Of a stretch of 38,241 nt of DNA, positions 7,958 to 17,500 are shown in pieces. Under the pieces are notes generated by a model. The model did not search any database, had not been told where the DNA came from, and saw only the letters and a list, made by a program, of their open reading frames with translations. Source of the stretch: a virus (lineage: Duplodnaviria > Caudoviricetes); the IMG/VR virus record IMGVR_UViG_3300038988_000339, positions 1 to 38,241 of that record. One strand, written 5' to 3'. Positions within the stretch are counted from its first letter, which is position 1; each line of letters begins with the position of its first letter. The translations under genes and the position numbers were made by a program.

Positions 7958-10213
7958 ATGATTATAAATAATGTAAAATCTGATGTTGAAGTTATAGGAA
8001 ATATAGAAAGAAATACAGTTACTATTGATCCTGATAATATAGATTTTATAATAAGTATTCTTTCAACTAATTTATATTCTTATCCTATTGATTCTTTTAT
8101 TAGAGAGACTGTAAGTAATGCTGTAGATTCTCATAAGGAAGCTAATGTATCAGAACCTGTAATAATTGAATTAGGTTTAGATTTGAACAACTCTTATTAT
8201 TGTCTCATAAGGGATACTGGAACTGGTATAAGTAAAGAGAGATTTGAAAGTATTTATAAAAAAATAGGTAGTTCTACTAAAAGAGATAGTGATGATTATA
8301 TAGGAGCTTTTGGTATAGGAAGATTTTCCGCTTTATCAGTATCTGATACGGTATTTATAAATTCTTGTTATGAAGGTTACAAGTATTCTTATATAATGTA
8401 CAAAGAAAATAACAAATTAAATATTGATATATTATCATCCTCACCTACAGAATTACCTAACGGTGTTGAAGTAAAAGTTAATATAGAATCTTCAAAAATC
8501 TATGATTTTGAGAGAGCTATTATAAGTCAATTATGTTATTTTGAAAATGTCTATTTTGAAACTAAGAATTTACCTTATGATTATAGTTCAATAAAAGAAA
8601 GGGCAAAAGAGTTTAATAATCTTGTTATCAAAAGGTTTAAGTATTTTTCTGTAAACAATTTTAAAGATACCTCTGATATATCTCTTTTACTTGGGAAAGT
8701 AAGATACCCTTTAAGATTGTATGGACTAAACAAGAATTATCAGGATTACATTCAAAAATTACCTATATCTCTAAATTTTAATATAGGAGAATTATCTATT
8801 ACCCCAAATAGAGAGGAGATAATTTATAATTCTACTACAATCAAGAAAATTGAAGATACTCTTGATTTAGCAATAGAAGAATTAAGAAGCTTAATACCAG
8901 ATGATAATATAGATATTGATAATATTTTTGAATATTATAGTAAAATAAATAGTCCTCAAAAATATACAATACTTGAAAACTCTGTAAAATCTGTCATTAT
9001 TGATATTTCTAAGTTAAAACCTATAAAATATACTTTTAAAGGAAAAACTTACAGTAAAGATTTATTTAATGATACATTTAAGTTTTTATATAATAGAGAC
9101 TTTGTAATAAGTAATTATAAATACAATGGCTCTATTACAGGAATAATTAATTCTTTTAGTATATCTTCAATATTGTCTGGAAGTAAAAGAGTTTTATTAT
9201 GCGATATAGCAAGTTTGAAAAATATAACTAAAGATTATATTAGAGCTACACAAGTATCTATAACTTATTTTGTAAAACCTAAAGATAATAAAGCTATTCT
9301 TAAAGAATATAAATCTTTGAAGAAAATGTATGTATCAAATTATGGGAATAGTATATATTTTAAAGATGTATTTAAAAATCTTTTAGAGTGTTTGACAAAT
9401 CATCTTAAAAATACATACATAAATAATTCTTCTCCTACAAAACAGTTTATTGAAGAAAGAAAGAATAAAAGATTAAGTACAAAAACTTTTACAAAAAGAG
9501 AATTAGGAGAGTTAACTATTTATGAAATTACCAAATCCCTTAAATATGGATATGGTATAAATGGTTTTATTGAAAAAGCGAAATCTATTACTTTAGAACC
9601 TAAGAAAAATAAATGTTTATTCATCTATTCTACAAAAAAAGATCATAAAGCATTATACAATTTATGTGCAACTTTACATTATAGTAAACCTAAAATTACT
9701 TTTTGTAGAATAAATTCTTTAAAAGAGAAATTTATAAAAGATAATCCTTATTTTATTAATATAGAAGATATTTTTAAAATGAAACATAAAATTTTAAAAG
9801 ATGTAATTACAAGTTTATACATACAAGATAAAATACCTCAAATTAATGATTCTAATTTACATTATATATTTAAAGATGTATCTGAAAAATATTATAAAGA
9901 ATTGAAGTATATAGTTGATTTTGTAAATAAGAATTATAGTAGAATTTATAATACAAATGTTAAAGATTTCAAAATTAGCCTATTAAAATATGGTATAGAA
10001 AATAATTTATTTAATCTTGAAGTTAAAGCAAGATTTGAATTGTTATACCCTATACTTAAAAAATGTATTTTTCTTAAAGATTTATCAACAACTTATGTAG
10101 AACAACATTTTATTACAGATTATTTACTTGCAAGAAAAATATTAAGACCTGATTTAAAAGCAGTAAAAGATGCTAAGAGTTTTATAAATAATTATTTAAC
10201 AAAAAAAGATTAA
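7958..10213 (+). CDS. rIIA: rIIA-like protein with N-terminal GHKL ATPase domain
   Basis: LYSYPIDSFIRETVSNAVDSH, IRDTGTGIS, STKRDSDDYIGAFGIG, NGVEV, ITPNREEI; followed by an rIIB-like gene. Confidence 0.87.
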   Translation: MIINNVKSDVEVIGNIERNTVTIDPDNIDFIISILSTNLYSYPIDSFIRETVSNAVDSHKEANVSEPVIIELGLDLNNSYYCLIRDTGTGISKERFESIYKKIGSSTKRDSDDYIGAFGIGRFSALSVSDTVFINSCYEGYKYSYIMYKENNKLNIDILSSSPTELPNGVEVKVNIESSKIYDFERAIISQLCYFENVYFETKNLPYDYSSIKERAKEFNNLVIKRFKYFSVNNFKDTSDISLLLGKVRYPLRLYGLNKNYQDYIQKLPISLNFNIGELSITPNREEIIYNSTTIKKIEDTLDLAIEELRSLIPDDNIDIDNIFEYYSKINSPQKYTILENSVKSVIIDISKLKPIKYTFKGKTYSKDLFNDTFKFLYNRDFVISNYKYNGSITGIINSFSISSILSGSKRVLLCDIASLKNITKDYIRATQVSITYFVKPKDNKAILKEYKSLKKMYVSNYGNSIYFKDVFKNLLECLTNHLKNTYINNSSPTKQFIEERKNKRLSTKTFTKRELGELTIYEITKSLKYGYGINGFIEKAKSITLEPKKNKCLFIYSTKKDHKALYNLCATLHYSKPKITFCRINSLKEKFIKDNPYFINIEDIFKMKHKILKDVITSLYIQDKIPQINDSNLHYIFKDVSEKYYKELKYIVDFVNKNYSRIYNTNVKDFKISLLKYGIENNLFNLEVKARFELLYPILKKCIFLKDLSTTYVEQHFITDYLLARKILRPDLKAVKDAKSFINNYLTKKD

Positions 10214-10216
10214 ATT

Positions 10217-11395
10217 ATGAATGTTATTAAAGTAGGTAACACGTTAACTGTAGTGTTAGACAATGGTAGAACATTAAGTAAATCAAATTGTGATAATGAT
10301 ACCATAGATGAAATTTTAAATGCTGTAAAAAATGAAGATGAAGAAGCTTTGGTTTCTATCTTTGAACCAAGACTACTTGAAGTTATTGAAAAATATAAAG
10401 TATTTGAAGATTTTGAAGAGAATGTAAAAAAATCTAAATACCTTACATTTAAAGGTCAAAGTGTTTATATTGAAAGTATTTCAGAACTGTCTGTACCTAT
10501 GGATTTTGTTAAAAGTTTCATACAAGCTGAGATAATAGATGATAATAAGGAGTTAGTTAATTCTTATCTTAACTTCTGGACATTATTAAGTTTAAATCCA
10601 GATAGTAGAGCAAGAACTAATTTATTTTGGTTTCTTCAAAAGAATGGTATGACGATAACAAAAAGTGGTTTATTTGTAGCTTATAGAAATGTATGTATAA
10701 AAAAAGAAGGTATTATTAATAATGAGCTTACAAAAATAATTTCAGATTCTTATATTAAGATTAAGAAAAATAAGAAATCTCCTTCTAATTATAATATTGT
10801 AGAATCTAATGGAAGTTACCTTTTAAGTAAGAAAGATAGTTTACTTGAAGATAATACAAGATTACTTGGGAATGTAAAGGAACTTTATGAAAAACTATCA
10901 GATTTTTCAGATAAAAATAAAACTGTATATACAGACAATTATACTAAAACTATGGAAATAACCATAGGTAAAATTGTAACTATAGATAGAGAACAATGTG
11001 ATCCTGTTCAAGAAAATACTTGCAGTAGGGGGTTACACGTGGCAAGTAAAGATTGGTTATTGAATAATGGATCAGATTTTGGTAAAGTATCTTTAATGGT
11101 ACTTGTAAATCCAGCTTCTGTTGTAGCAGTACCTCCTGGTGATAGTTATGGTAAAATGAGAGTTTGTGCATACTATCCAATAAAGATAATATCAATAGAT
11201 GAATTATATGGAGATGACAATATCATCCCTGATGGATTTGAAGATGATTTCATTGGTAGTATAGAGATAGGTACAAAATATAATAATGATGAAAATCCTT
11301 ATTTTATTGAGATACCTAATATCCCTGAAATATCTGAAGAAAATACTATTAAGAATATTGAAAGATTAAAAAACTTTAGAAAAACAGTGTTATAA
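10217..11395 (+). CDS. rIIB: rIIB-like protein
   Basis: LNFW..L..NP, LFWFL, ITKSGLFVAYRNV, TCSRGLHVAS, VLVNPASVVAVP, KMRVCAY. Confidence 0.88.
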   Translation: MNVIKVGNTLTVVLDNGRTLSKSNCDNDTIDEILNAVKNEDEEALVSIFEPRLLEVIEKYKVFEDFEENVKKSKYLTFKGQSVYIESISELSVPMDFVKSFIQAEIIDDNKELVNSYLNFWTLLSLNPDSRARTNLFWFLQKNGMTITKSGLFVAYRNVCIKKEGIINNELTKIISDSYIKIKKNKKSPSNYNIVESNGSYLLSKKDSLLEDNTRLLGNVKELYEKLSDFSDKNKTVYTDNYTKTMEITIGKIVTIDREQCDPVQENTCSRGLHVASKDWLLNNGSDFGKVSLMVLVNPASVVAVPPGDSYGKMRVCAYYPIKIISIDELYGDDNIIPDGFEDDFIGSIEIGTKYNNDENPYFIEIPNIPEISEENTIKNIERLKNFRKTVL

Positions 11396-11910
11396 TGAAA
11401 GAAGATTTTGAAAAAAGTAAAAGAAGTCTTGGTATAAAGAATAAGAGAAAAGGTTCTGATGCTGAAAGATTCTATGTTAATGTTTTCAAAGAACTTGGTT
11501 ATAAACATTGTGTTACTTCAAGGTTAGGTAGTAAATTACATGATAATGCTGGTGTAGATATTATTAATATACCATTTAATATTCAAATAAAAGCTGGTAA
11601 ACAAGCAAAATTAAGTCCTGGAAAAGTGTTACTTAACATGGAATCTCAAATAAAAAGTTTATTTCCAGAAGATGATAAGATACATACTTATCCTTTATTA
11701 GTAATACATAGATTACATGCTTTTAGAAAAAACTATATTGAAGATGTTGTTTATATGTCTTTTGATCAATTCAGTGATTTTGTAAAGTTATATGGTAAAA
11801 TTGATTACTTATTTATGAAAAAAAGAAATCATAAAACAACATCTAAATTTGGTCATATTGTAGCTGTAGATTTTAATGAACTTGTAAAGAAAGGAGTCTT
11901 TAAATGTTAA
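11395..11910 (+). CDS. PD-(D/E)XK nuclease, Holliday junction resolvase-like
   Basis: NKRKGSDAER, GVDII, NIQIKAG; TAATG overlap with the rIIB stop. Confidence 0.75.
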   Translation: MKEDFEKSKRSLGIKNKRKGSDAERFYVNVFKELGYKHCVTSRLGSKLHDNAGVDIINIPFNIQIKAGKQAKLSPGKVLLNMESQIKSLFPEDDKIHTYPLLVIHRLHAFRKNYIEDVVYMSFDQFSDFVKLYGKIDYLFMKKRNHKTTSKFGHIVAVDFNELVKKGVFKC

Positions 11911-12965
11911 TATATTCAACAAAAGGTGAAATAGAAGCTTATTATAATAGTCCAAATCTAAATCAAAGTCAACTAAAGAAACTTTTAGTTGACTTAGATT
12001 TCTTTTTATCAACTAAAGAACCAGAACTTTATTTTGAAGAAAAAGAAAGTCTTACTATAGGTTCTTTGGTAGATTTTTTAATAACAAGACCTTCAGAGGA
12101 ACTAACAGATACTTATTATATTTCAGGGATTCAAAGTAAACCTTCAGATGTTGTGATGAGTATAATTAATAATTTTGTTGATATCCTGTTTGAAAAAAAT
12201 ATAGAGATAAAAGATATAGATGATGAGACCTATTCTGATATGCTTTTTGAAATAATAGAAAATCATAATTATTGTAAAACATACAGTAGAGAAGTGAGGT
12301 TAAAGAAAATATATGCTGAAAAAGATTATTTTGTAGATGTTGTAAATTCAAGAGGTAAAAAAATAATTTCTGTAGAAGAATATTTTACTGCTTCAAAAAT
12401 ATCTGAGAATATTAAAGATTTATCATTAATAAAAAAATGTTTTGAAGATTTTGCAGAAAATCCAGATGTACTTGTTTTCTTGCAAAAACCTATCTATTTT
12501 ACATTTGAAGATATACCATGTAAATCTTTACCAGATATAATAATTTATGATACTAAAACAAAAAGTATTATCATTATAGATATTAAGACAACTTATGGAA
12601 AGACTTTAGATTTTTTAATACCAATAAAAAAATATCGTTATGATATTCAAATGGCTTGGTATCATGAAGCTTGCAAAGTAGAATTTAAAACAGATAAAAT
12701 AAAATGTTTATTTGCAGTTGAATCTACTACAAAACAAGGTAATGCAATACTTTTAAGTATAGACCAAGACTTAATAAATTGTGGATTAAAAGGTTTAAAT
12801 GAGGTTTATTATGAGGGTATGTTATTAAGGAGAGAACAAAAAGGTATTATTCAACTTATAGATTTATATAAATATTACGAGAAAAACTCTTTTAAAGAAG
12901 AGAAAATAATTCTTGAATCTTCTCCTTATAAACTGCTGAAAGTTGGACTTAATAAAATTTATTAA
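11904..12965 (+). CDS. PD-(D/E)XK exonuclease (RecE/exonuclease VIII-like)
   Basis: YYNSPNLNQSQLK, GSLVD, CKSLPDIII, IIDIKTT, YRYDIQMAWY. Confidence 0.85.
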   Translation: MLIYSTKGEIEAYYNSPNLNQSQLKKLLVDLDFFLSTKEPELYFEEKESLTIGSLVDFLITRPSEELTDTYYISGIQSKPSDVVMSIINNFVDILFEKNIEIKDIDDETYSDMLFEIIENHNYCKTYSREVRLKKIYAEKDYFVDVVNSRGKKIISVEEYFTASKISENIKDLSLIKKCFEDFAENPDVLVFLQKPIYFTFEDIPCKSLPDIIIYDTKTKSIIIIDIKTTYGKTLDFLIPIKKYRYDIQMAWYHEACKVEFKTDKIKCLFAVESTTKQGNAILLSIDQDLINCGLKGLNEVYYEGMLLRREQKGIIQLIDLYKYYEKNSFKEEKIILESSPYKLLKVGLNKIY

Positions 12966-12967
12966 TA

Positions 12968-13561
12968 ATGAAAATTAGAATAGGAGAAGTATATGAAAAT
13001 AAAACTAAAATATTTCTTGTACCTGGTTTAAAACACTATGGTAATTCTTTTATAGAAAGATTTAGCTTTGACTTTTTTAAGTTAGGTTATGGTATAAAAG
13101 ATAATCTATTTAATAATAATGAATTGCTTGAAGGTAAAAAACCTATATTTATTATGATAGATAGATTAGTAAAACCTCAAACAACCTTAAGAGCTTTAGA
13201 ATGGTTAAAGACAAAAGATTTTTTTATAACAGATTATGTATCTGATTTAGCTATACCTCCAAGAAAGCATATTATAATTTTGGATTACCCTTATGAATTA
13301 AAAGAAACTTATGATAATTTTCTAAAAGGTTATTACTCAAAGATGTATAATGAAGAACTTATTGAAAAGTTTTTTATTAAAGATAGTGAAGCATATAAGA
13401 TATTAAAAAAGGATTTATCTTATGTTGATTCATTTATAAGTAAAATAGAAAAAGTTTTTGATGTTAGAATAACTGAAAAAGAAAAATATTTTGATTCTGA
13501 ATTAGAGTTCCCTTATAATATGAATAAAGAGAGTTTAAAAGAAGAAATCTTTAATATTTAA
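12968..13561 (+). CDS. Hypothetical protein
   Basis: 197-aa ORF in the operon, 2 nt after the previous stop; no motif recognised. Confidence 0.7.
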   Translation: MKIRIGEVYENKTKIFLVPGLKHYGNSFIERFSFDFFKLGYGIKDNLFNNNELLEGKKPIFIMIDRLVKPQTTLRALEWLKTKDFFITDYVSDLAIPPRKHIIILDYPYELKETYDNFLKGYYSKMYNEELIEKFFIKDSEAYKILKKDLSYVDSFISKIEKVFDVRITEKEKYFDSELEFPYNMNKESLKEEIFNI

Positions 13562-13562
13562 A

Positions 13563-13590
13563 TAATAGCTGTCCTATTGGCTTGACGGGG
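13563..13590 (+). promoter_or_regulatory. GC-rich intergenic element able to form a small hairpin or pseudoknot
   Basis: TAATAG 13563-13568 pairs with CTATTG 13574-13579; loop CTGTC 13569-13573 is complementary to GACGG 13584-13588. Confidence 0.4.
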
Positions 13591-13608
13591 TTTATAAATT
13601 TTTAAAAT

Positions 13609-14184
13609 ATGAGAATAAAACCTGCAGATATAGTAATTGATAATAAAACTGGTGATTTATATAAAGTAAAATCTATCATAACAATAAATAATAATAAACC
13701 TGTATTAGAATTTCTAAATATAAAAGGAGAATATCTTATAGATAATTACAGTTTATTTACATCAGAATATACACCAGAAAATATTACTAAATTGAACAAA
13801 AATGAAGTTTTTGTATTTGGAAGTAACACTGAAGGTAAACATGAGAAAGGTGCAGCAAAGATAGCTTTAGAAAAATTTGGTGCTAAACTTGGTCAAAGTG
13901 AAGGATTACAAGGACAAAGTTATGGTATTATTACTGTAGATTTAAGTATTGTAGAAAAATACCCACTTGAAAAAATCTATGAAGGCATCTTAAGATTTTT
14001 AAAATTTGCAACAACATTTAAGCAATATAAATTTTATGTTACTAAGATTGGAAGTTCTATAGCTGGACATTCAATAGAAGATATTGCAGAGCAGTTTAAA
14101 AGAGCTTCTGTGGCAATAGATATTCCAAACAATGTAATTTTACCAAAAGAATATGAATGTAGATACAGAATTAAGGGACTATAA
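13609..14184 (+). CDS. Phage protein with a C-terminal A1S_2505-type (macrodomain-like) domain and a small N-terminal beta domain
   Basis: YTPENITKLNKNEVFVFGSNTEGKHEKGAAKIA, GLQGQSYGI, FYVTKIGSSIAG, NVILPKEY. Confidence 0.72.
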   Translation: MRIKPADIVIDNKTGDLYKVKSIITINNNKPVLEFLNIKGEYLIDNYSLFTSEYTPENITKLNKNEVFVFGSNTEGKHEKGAAKIALEKFGAKLGQSEGLQGQSYGIITVDLSIVEKYPLEKIYEGILRFLKFATTFKQYKFYVTKIGSSIAGHSIEDIAEQFKRASVAIDIPNNVILPKEYECRYRIKGL

Positions 14185-14521
14185 GAATAGTCTGATTAAT
14201 ATAGGAGATAAAATTTTAATGGCTCAAAGAAAAAATTTTTTAGTAGAAAGAATTTATCTTGGTGCTACAGAAAAGAGTTTTGTTTTTAGTGATTATAATT
14301 TTAATAAAGATAAAAATAAAGAGTATAAGGAAGTATCTTTATGGTATGATAAAACAAGAACTGTAAAATTGAAAGTTAATAAAGTTGCAGATATAAAATC
14401 TCATAATACTGTACTATATTCATCCAAAAGATATTTTCAAAGTTCAAGTATATTTTTATTAGAAAAACAATCAAAGGATATTAATCAAGAAATAGTTAGA
14501 TTTTTAAAAACAGGGTTATAA
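14153..14521 (+). CDS. Hypothetical protein
   Basis: 122-aa ORF, last of the + strand operon; overlaps the upstream gene by 32 nt and its stop lies in the terminator loop. Confidence 0.65.
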   Translation: MNVDTELRDYKNSLINIGDKILMAQRKNFLVERIYLGATEKSFVFSDYNFNKDKNKEYKEVSLWYDKTRTVKLKVNKVADIKSHNTVLYSSKRYFQSSSIFLLEKQSKDINQEIVRFLKTGL

Positions 14522-14537
14522 TACCCTGTTTTTAAAA
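14502..14537. terminator. Bidirectional intrinsic terminator between convergent modules
   Basis: Perfect 15-bp inverted repeat TTTTAAAAACAGGGT-(TATAAT)-ACCCTGTTTTTAAAA; the core stem is followed by T5 on each strand. Confidence 0.88.
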
Positions 14538-14553
14538 CCTACTATATTTTTAT

Positions 14554-17500
14554 TTATAAACCATATTTATCTCTTATATTATCTTCATTATTTTCAAATC
14601 TTTCTAAAGCCTCTTCATAAGTTTCATTATTTGTTTTATTTTTTGTACCTTTTCTACCTCTACTTCTTCTTGAGGATTTTTTAGATTTTCTGTTACCATT
14701 TTTATAAGTTTCTTTTACAATTTCTTTTACAATTTCTTCAGCTTTCTCTTCTATTTCATATTCTGTTAAATTTTCATCATTATATTTTCTTAATTGATCT
14801 TCTATTTTAATTTGTAAATCTTCCTTAAGTACACCTCTTTTAGCATCTAATATCTTCTTAGCTTTTTTCTCTTCAGATAAAAATAATTTTTCCATCCAAA
14901 TATCATCTCTATATATTTTTTTATCAAAGAATGGATATTGACCTTCACCTATTTTATCAGCATCTCTAAGGAAAGCATCTTTAATAGAATTAGGTATAGG
15001 TAAAAAAGGTTGGAAGGTCATTATTTCATCAGCCATTTTAATACCACCTCTTTCTTCACCTTTGTTATATTTCTCAATGTAATCTAATAACTTTATAAGT
15101 TTATCTCCAAGTCTTATTAAAGATATTTTACTATTTTGATTAAATATAGTAAGAGGATTTGCATAAGATAAAAAACTATCTATTAATTGCTTACCAGTAT
15201 TAGAAACATAATTAAAGAAATAAGTTATAGCTAATTTATCCCAATCTTTACTATGTTTTCTTTTTTCTTTATCTTCATCATCATCATCTCCTGCACCTAA
15301 TGCTTGCCCTAATGCCTTTAAAGCTATATAAAGTAAGATACCATCAAGCATTATAGCTATTTCCATACACATACCTTTAATAGCTCTTATCTCCTCTTTA
15401 CTAAAATCAGAGGTTTCATTGACTAAATTATCTACAGAAAATTTTTTAAACAATGAAATATTTGCTTTTTTAAATCTTGTTACTTTTAATGGTAAATTTA
15501 AACTTTGTATTAAAACTTCTTGTAACATTGCTACAGTAGAAGCTAAAGTATATTTTTGAAGTACAATTTGTTTATTAACCTTTAAACTTTTTGCAAATAA
15601 CATTTTAAGTACAAAAGGTAATACAAGAAAACCTCCAGCACCTAAAGCTAATGTTAAACTTGGACCAAAAGTGGCAAGTAACGTAGCTGTAGTACCTATA
15701 CCAAGTAGAGCAGGATTATTATACATAGCTCTATATCTTCCTGTGTAACTACTATTTTCTTGAACTATATTAAATTTTCTTTTTCCAAATCTCTGATTCA
15801 AATGTTCTGGAAACCATCTCATAAATAACATAATAGCTTTACCATATAAACTATCTTGAAACATTATACTATCAAGATTAGAGTAGTTACCTTGTGTTTG
15901 TTTAATAATCTCATCTATTCTATTTTTATAGACATAAAATTGATTAGTTGTTTCCTTATTAAGTTGAAATGTTTCCCAACCTAAGTTTTCTGGTGTTCTA
16001 AAATCATCTTTTATTATAGTAGTTCCAGGTTCAAATAATGTAAATTCCATAGTCTCTCTGTTAAAGAAACTATATTCATTACCATATTTATCTTTAACTT
16101 TAAGATTAGCTAACATACAGAATACTATTTCACCTTGATTTTTAAATTCAGGCATATCTACAGATACTGTAAACATATTAATATTTCTTGTAAATTTGCC
16201 AAATTTAGAAACCGTATTTTTTCTGTCTAATTCATTTTTTCTATCTTCATAAATTCCTAAGTTTTGGAATAGTTCAATAAAAGTTTTTTGTTGTAAAACT
16301 CTTTCTTTACCACTAATTGTTAATCTACCCTCACTTAAACGTGTAATATTTATCCCAGACATGAAAGCTCTTGCATAATTAATAGTTCCAGTTTCCCACA
16401 TATCACCTTGACTATCTCTTATTATATTTGTTAAAGAACCTTCTACTCTATTTCTAACACCAGATTTGAAGTTCCAACCTAAACCTTGTATAATCAATAT
16501 TTTTAAAATACCTGTAATAATACTATGACCTGTTATAGGAGTTCCTCTTTGATTTAATATATTAGATAAATATTCAGTTAAAGAACTTTCAAAAACTTCT
16601 TTAGTGATTGTAGATTGGTTACCATCTTCATCTATAGTTTTATATATGTTATCTACATTTACATATCTAATACCATCAAGTACAAAAGATTTATTACCTT
16701 CATTATCTCTTACGTTTCTTACAATATCTATTAATTTTTTATCTGTATCATTAAAAATTTTTCCAAAATTTGTTATAGTGTTCAAATCCTCTTTACTTAA
16801 AGCTTCAGATTCTCTATTATTATATATATTGTTGTTCACCCAACTATCAAGTTTCTTTTGAGATTTTACCCTATCTTTACCATTTTTATCCTTTATAGTA
16901 GCATTATATCTTTTTACAACTTCTATACTTGCAGCAGTTTCAAGTCTTGCTCTATGTAAAGTGGCTAAATCAGCTATTGCTAAAGTTATTTTTGTCAAAT
17001 CTTTAGAATACATGGATAAAACATCATGTCTTGCTATAATTTCAGCTATTTCACTTTTTGAAAGTTTTTTACTTTTATCTAATACAATTTGTCTTTCATC
17101 AAGCATTTTAATTAGTTCATCATCAGATTGCAGTGCTATTAATGATTTGAACCTTTTAATCATAGCTTTTGTATTATCAGAATAATTTTTTACAACTTCA
17201 TCTTGTCTATTACTATCTTTTACAGTTCTTGTATCAATCCAAATATCTTTAAATTTTTTCAACATACTATTCCAAATTCTACTCATCCATTTTTTATCTT
17301 TTGTATCAGCTAATATCTCAGCACCATCTTTCAAAAACTTAGCATAAGTAATATTGTGAACATCATAACCTTGAGATGTTAAAACAGGGTCTATATGTTT
17401 ATTATGAAGTATTCTTAGAATATTCCAATATTTAAACATATTATCACTTTCCTGTATAGCATCAAAATTCTTATTATAATATCTACCTTCTTTTACACTT

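Noticed and set aside
5421-12351. Short reverse-strand ORFs (5421, 10980, 11299, 11809, 12166)
   Set aside because: Antisense shadows of well-supported + strand genes.
11904-12965. Cas4 as part of a CRISPR system
   Set aside because: No four-Cys Fe-S pattern, no other cas genes or array; fits a RecE-like exonuclease.
13582-13608. Sigma70 promoter TTGACG...TAAAAT
   Set aside because: Spacer is only 15 nt and the -10 box abuts the ATG; the likely host uses a different consensus.
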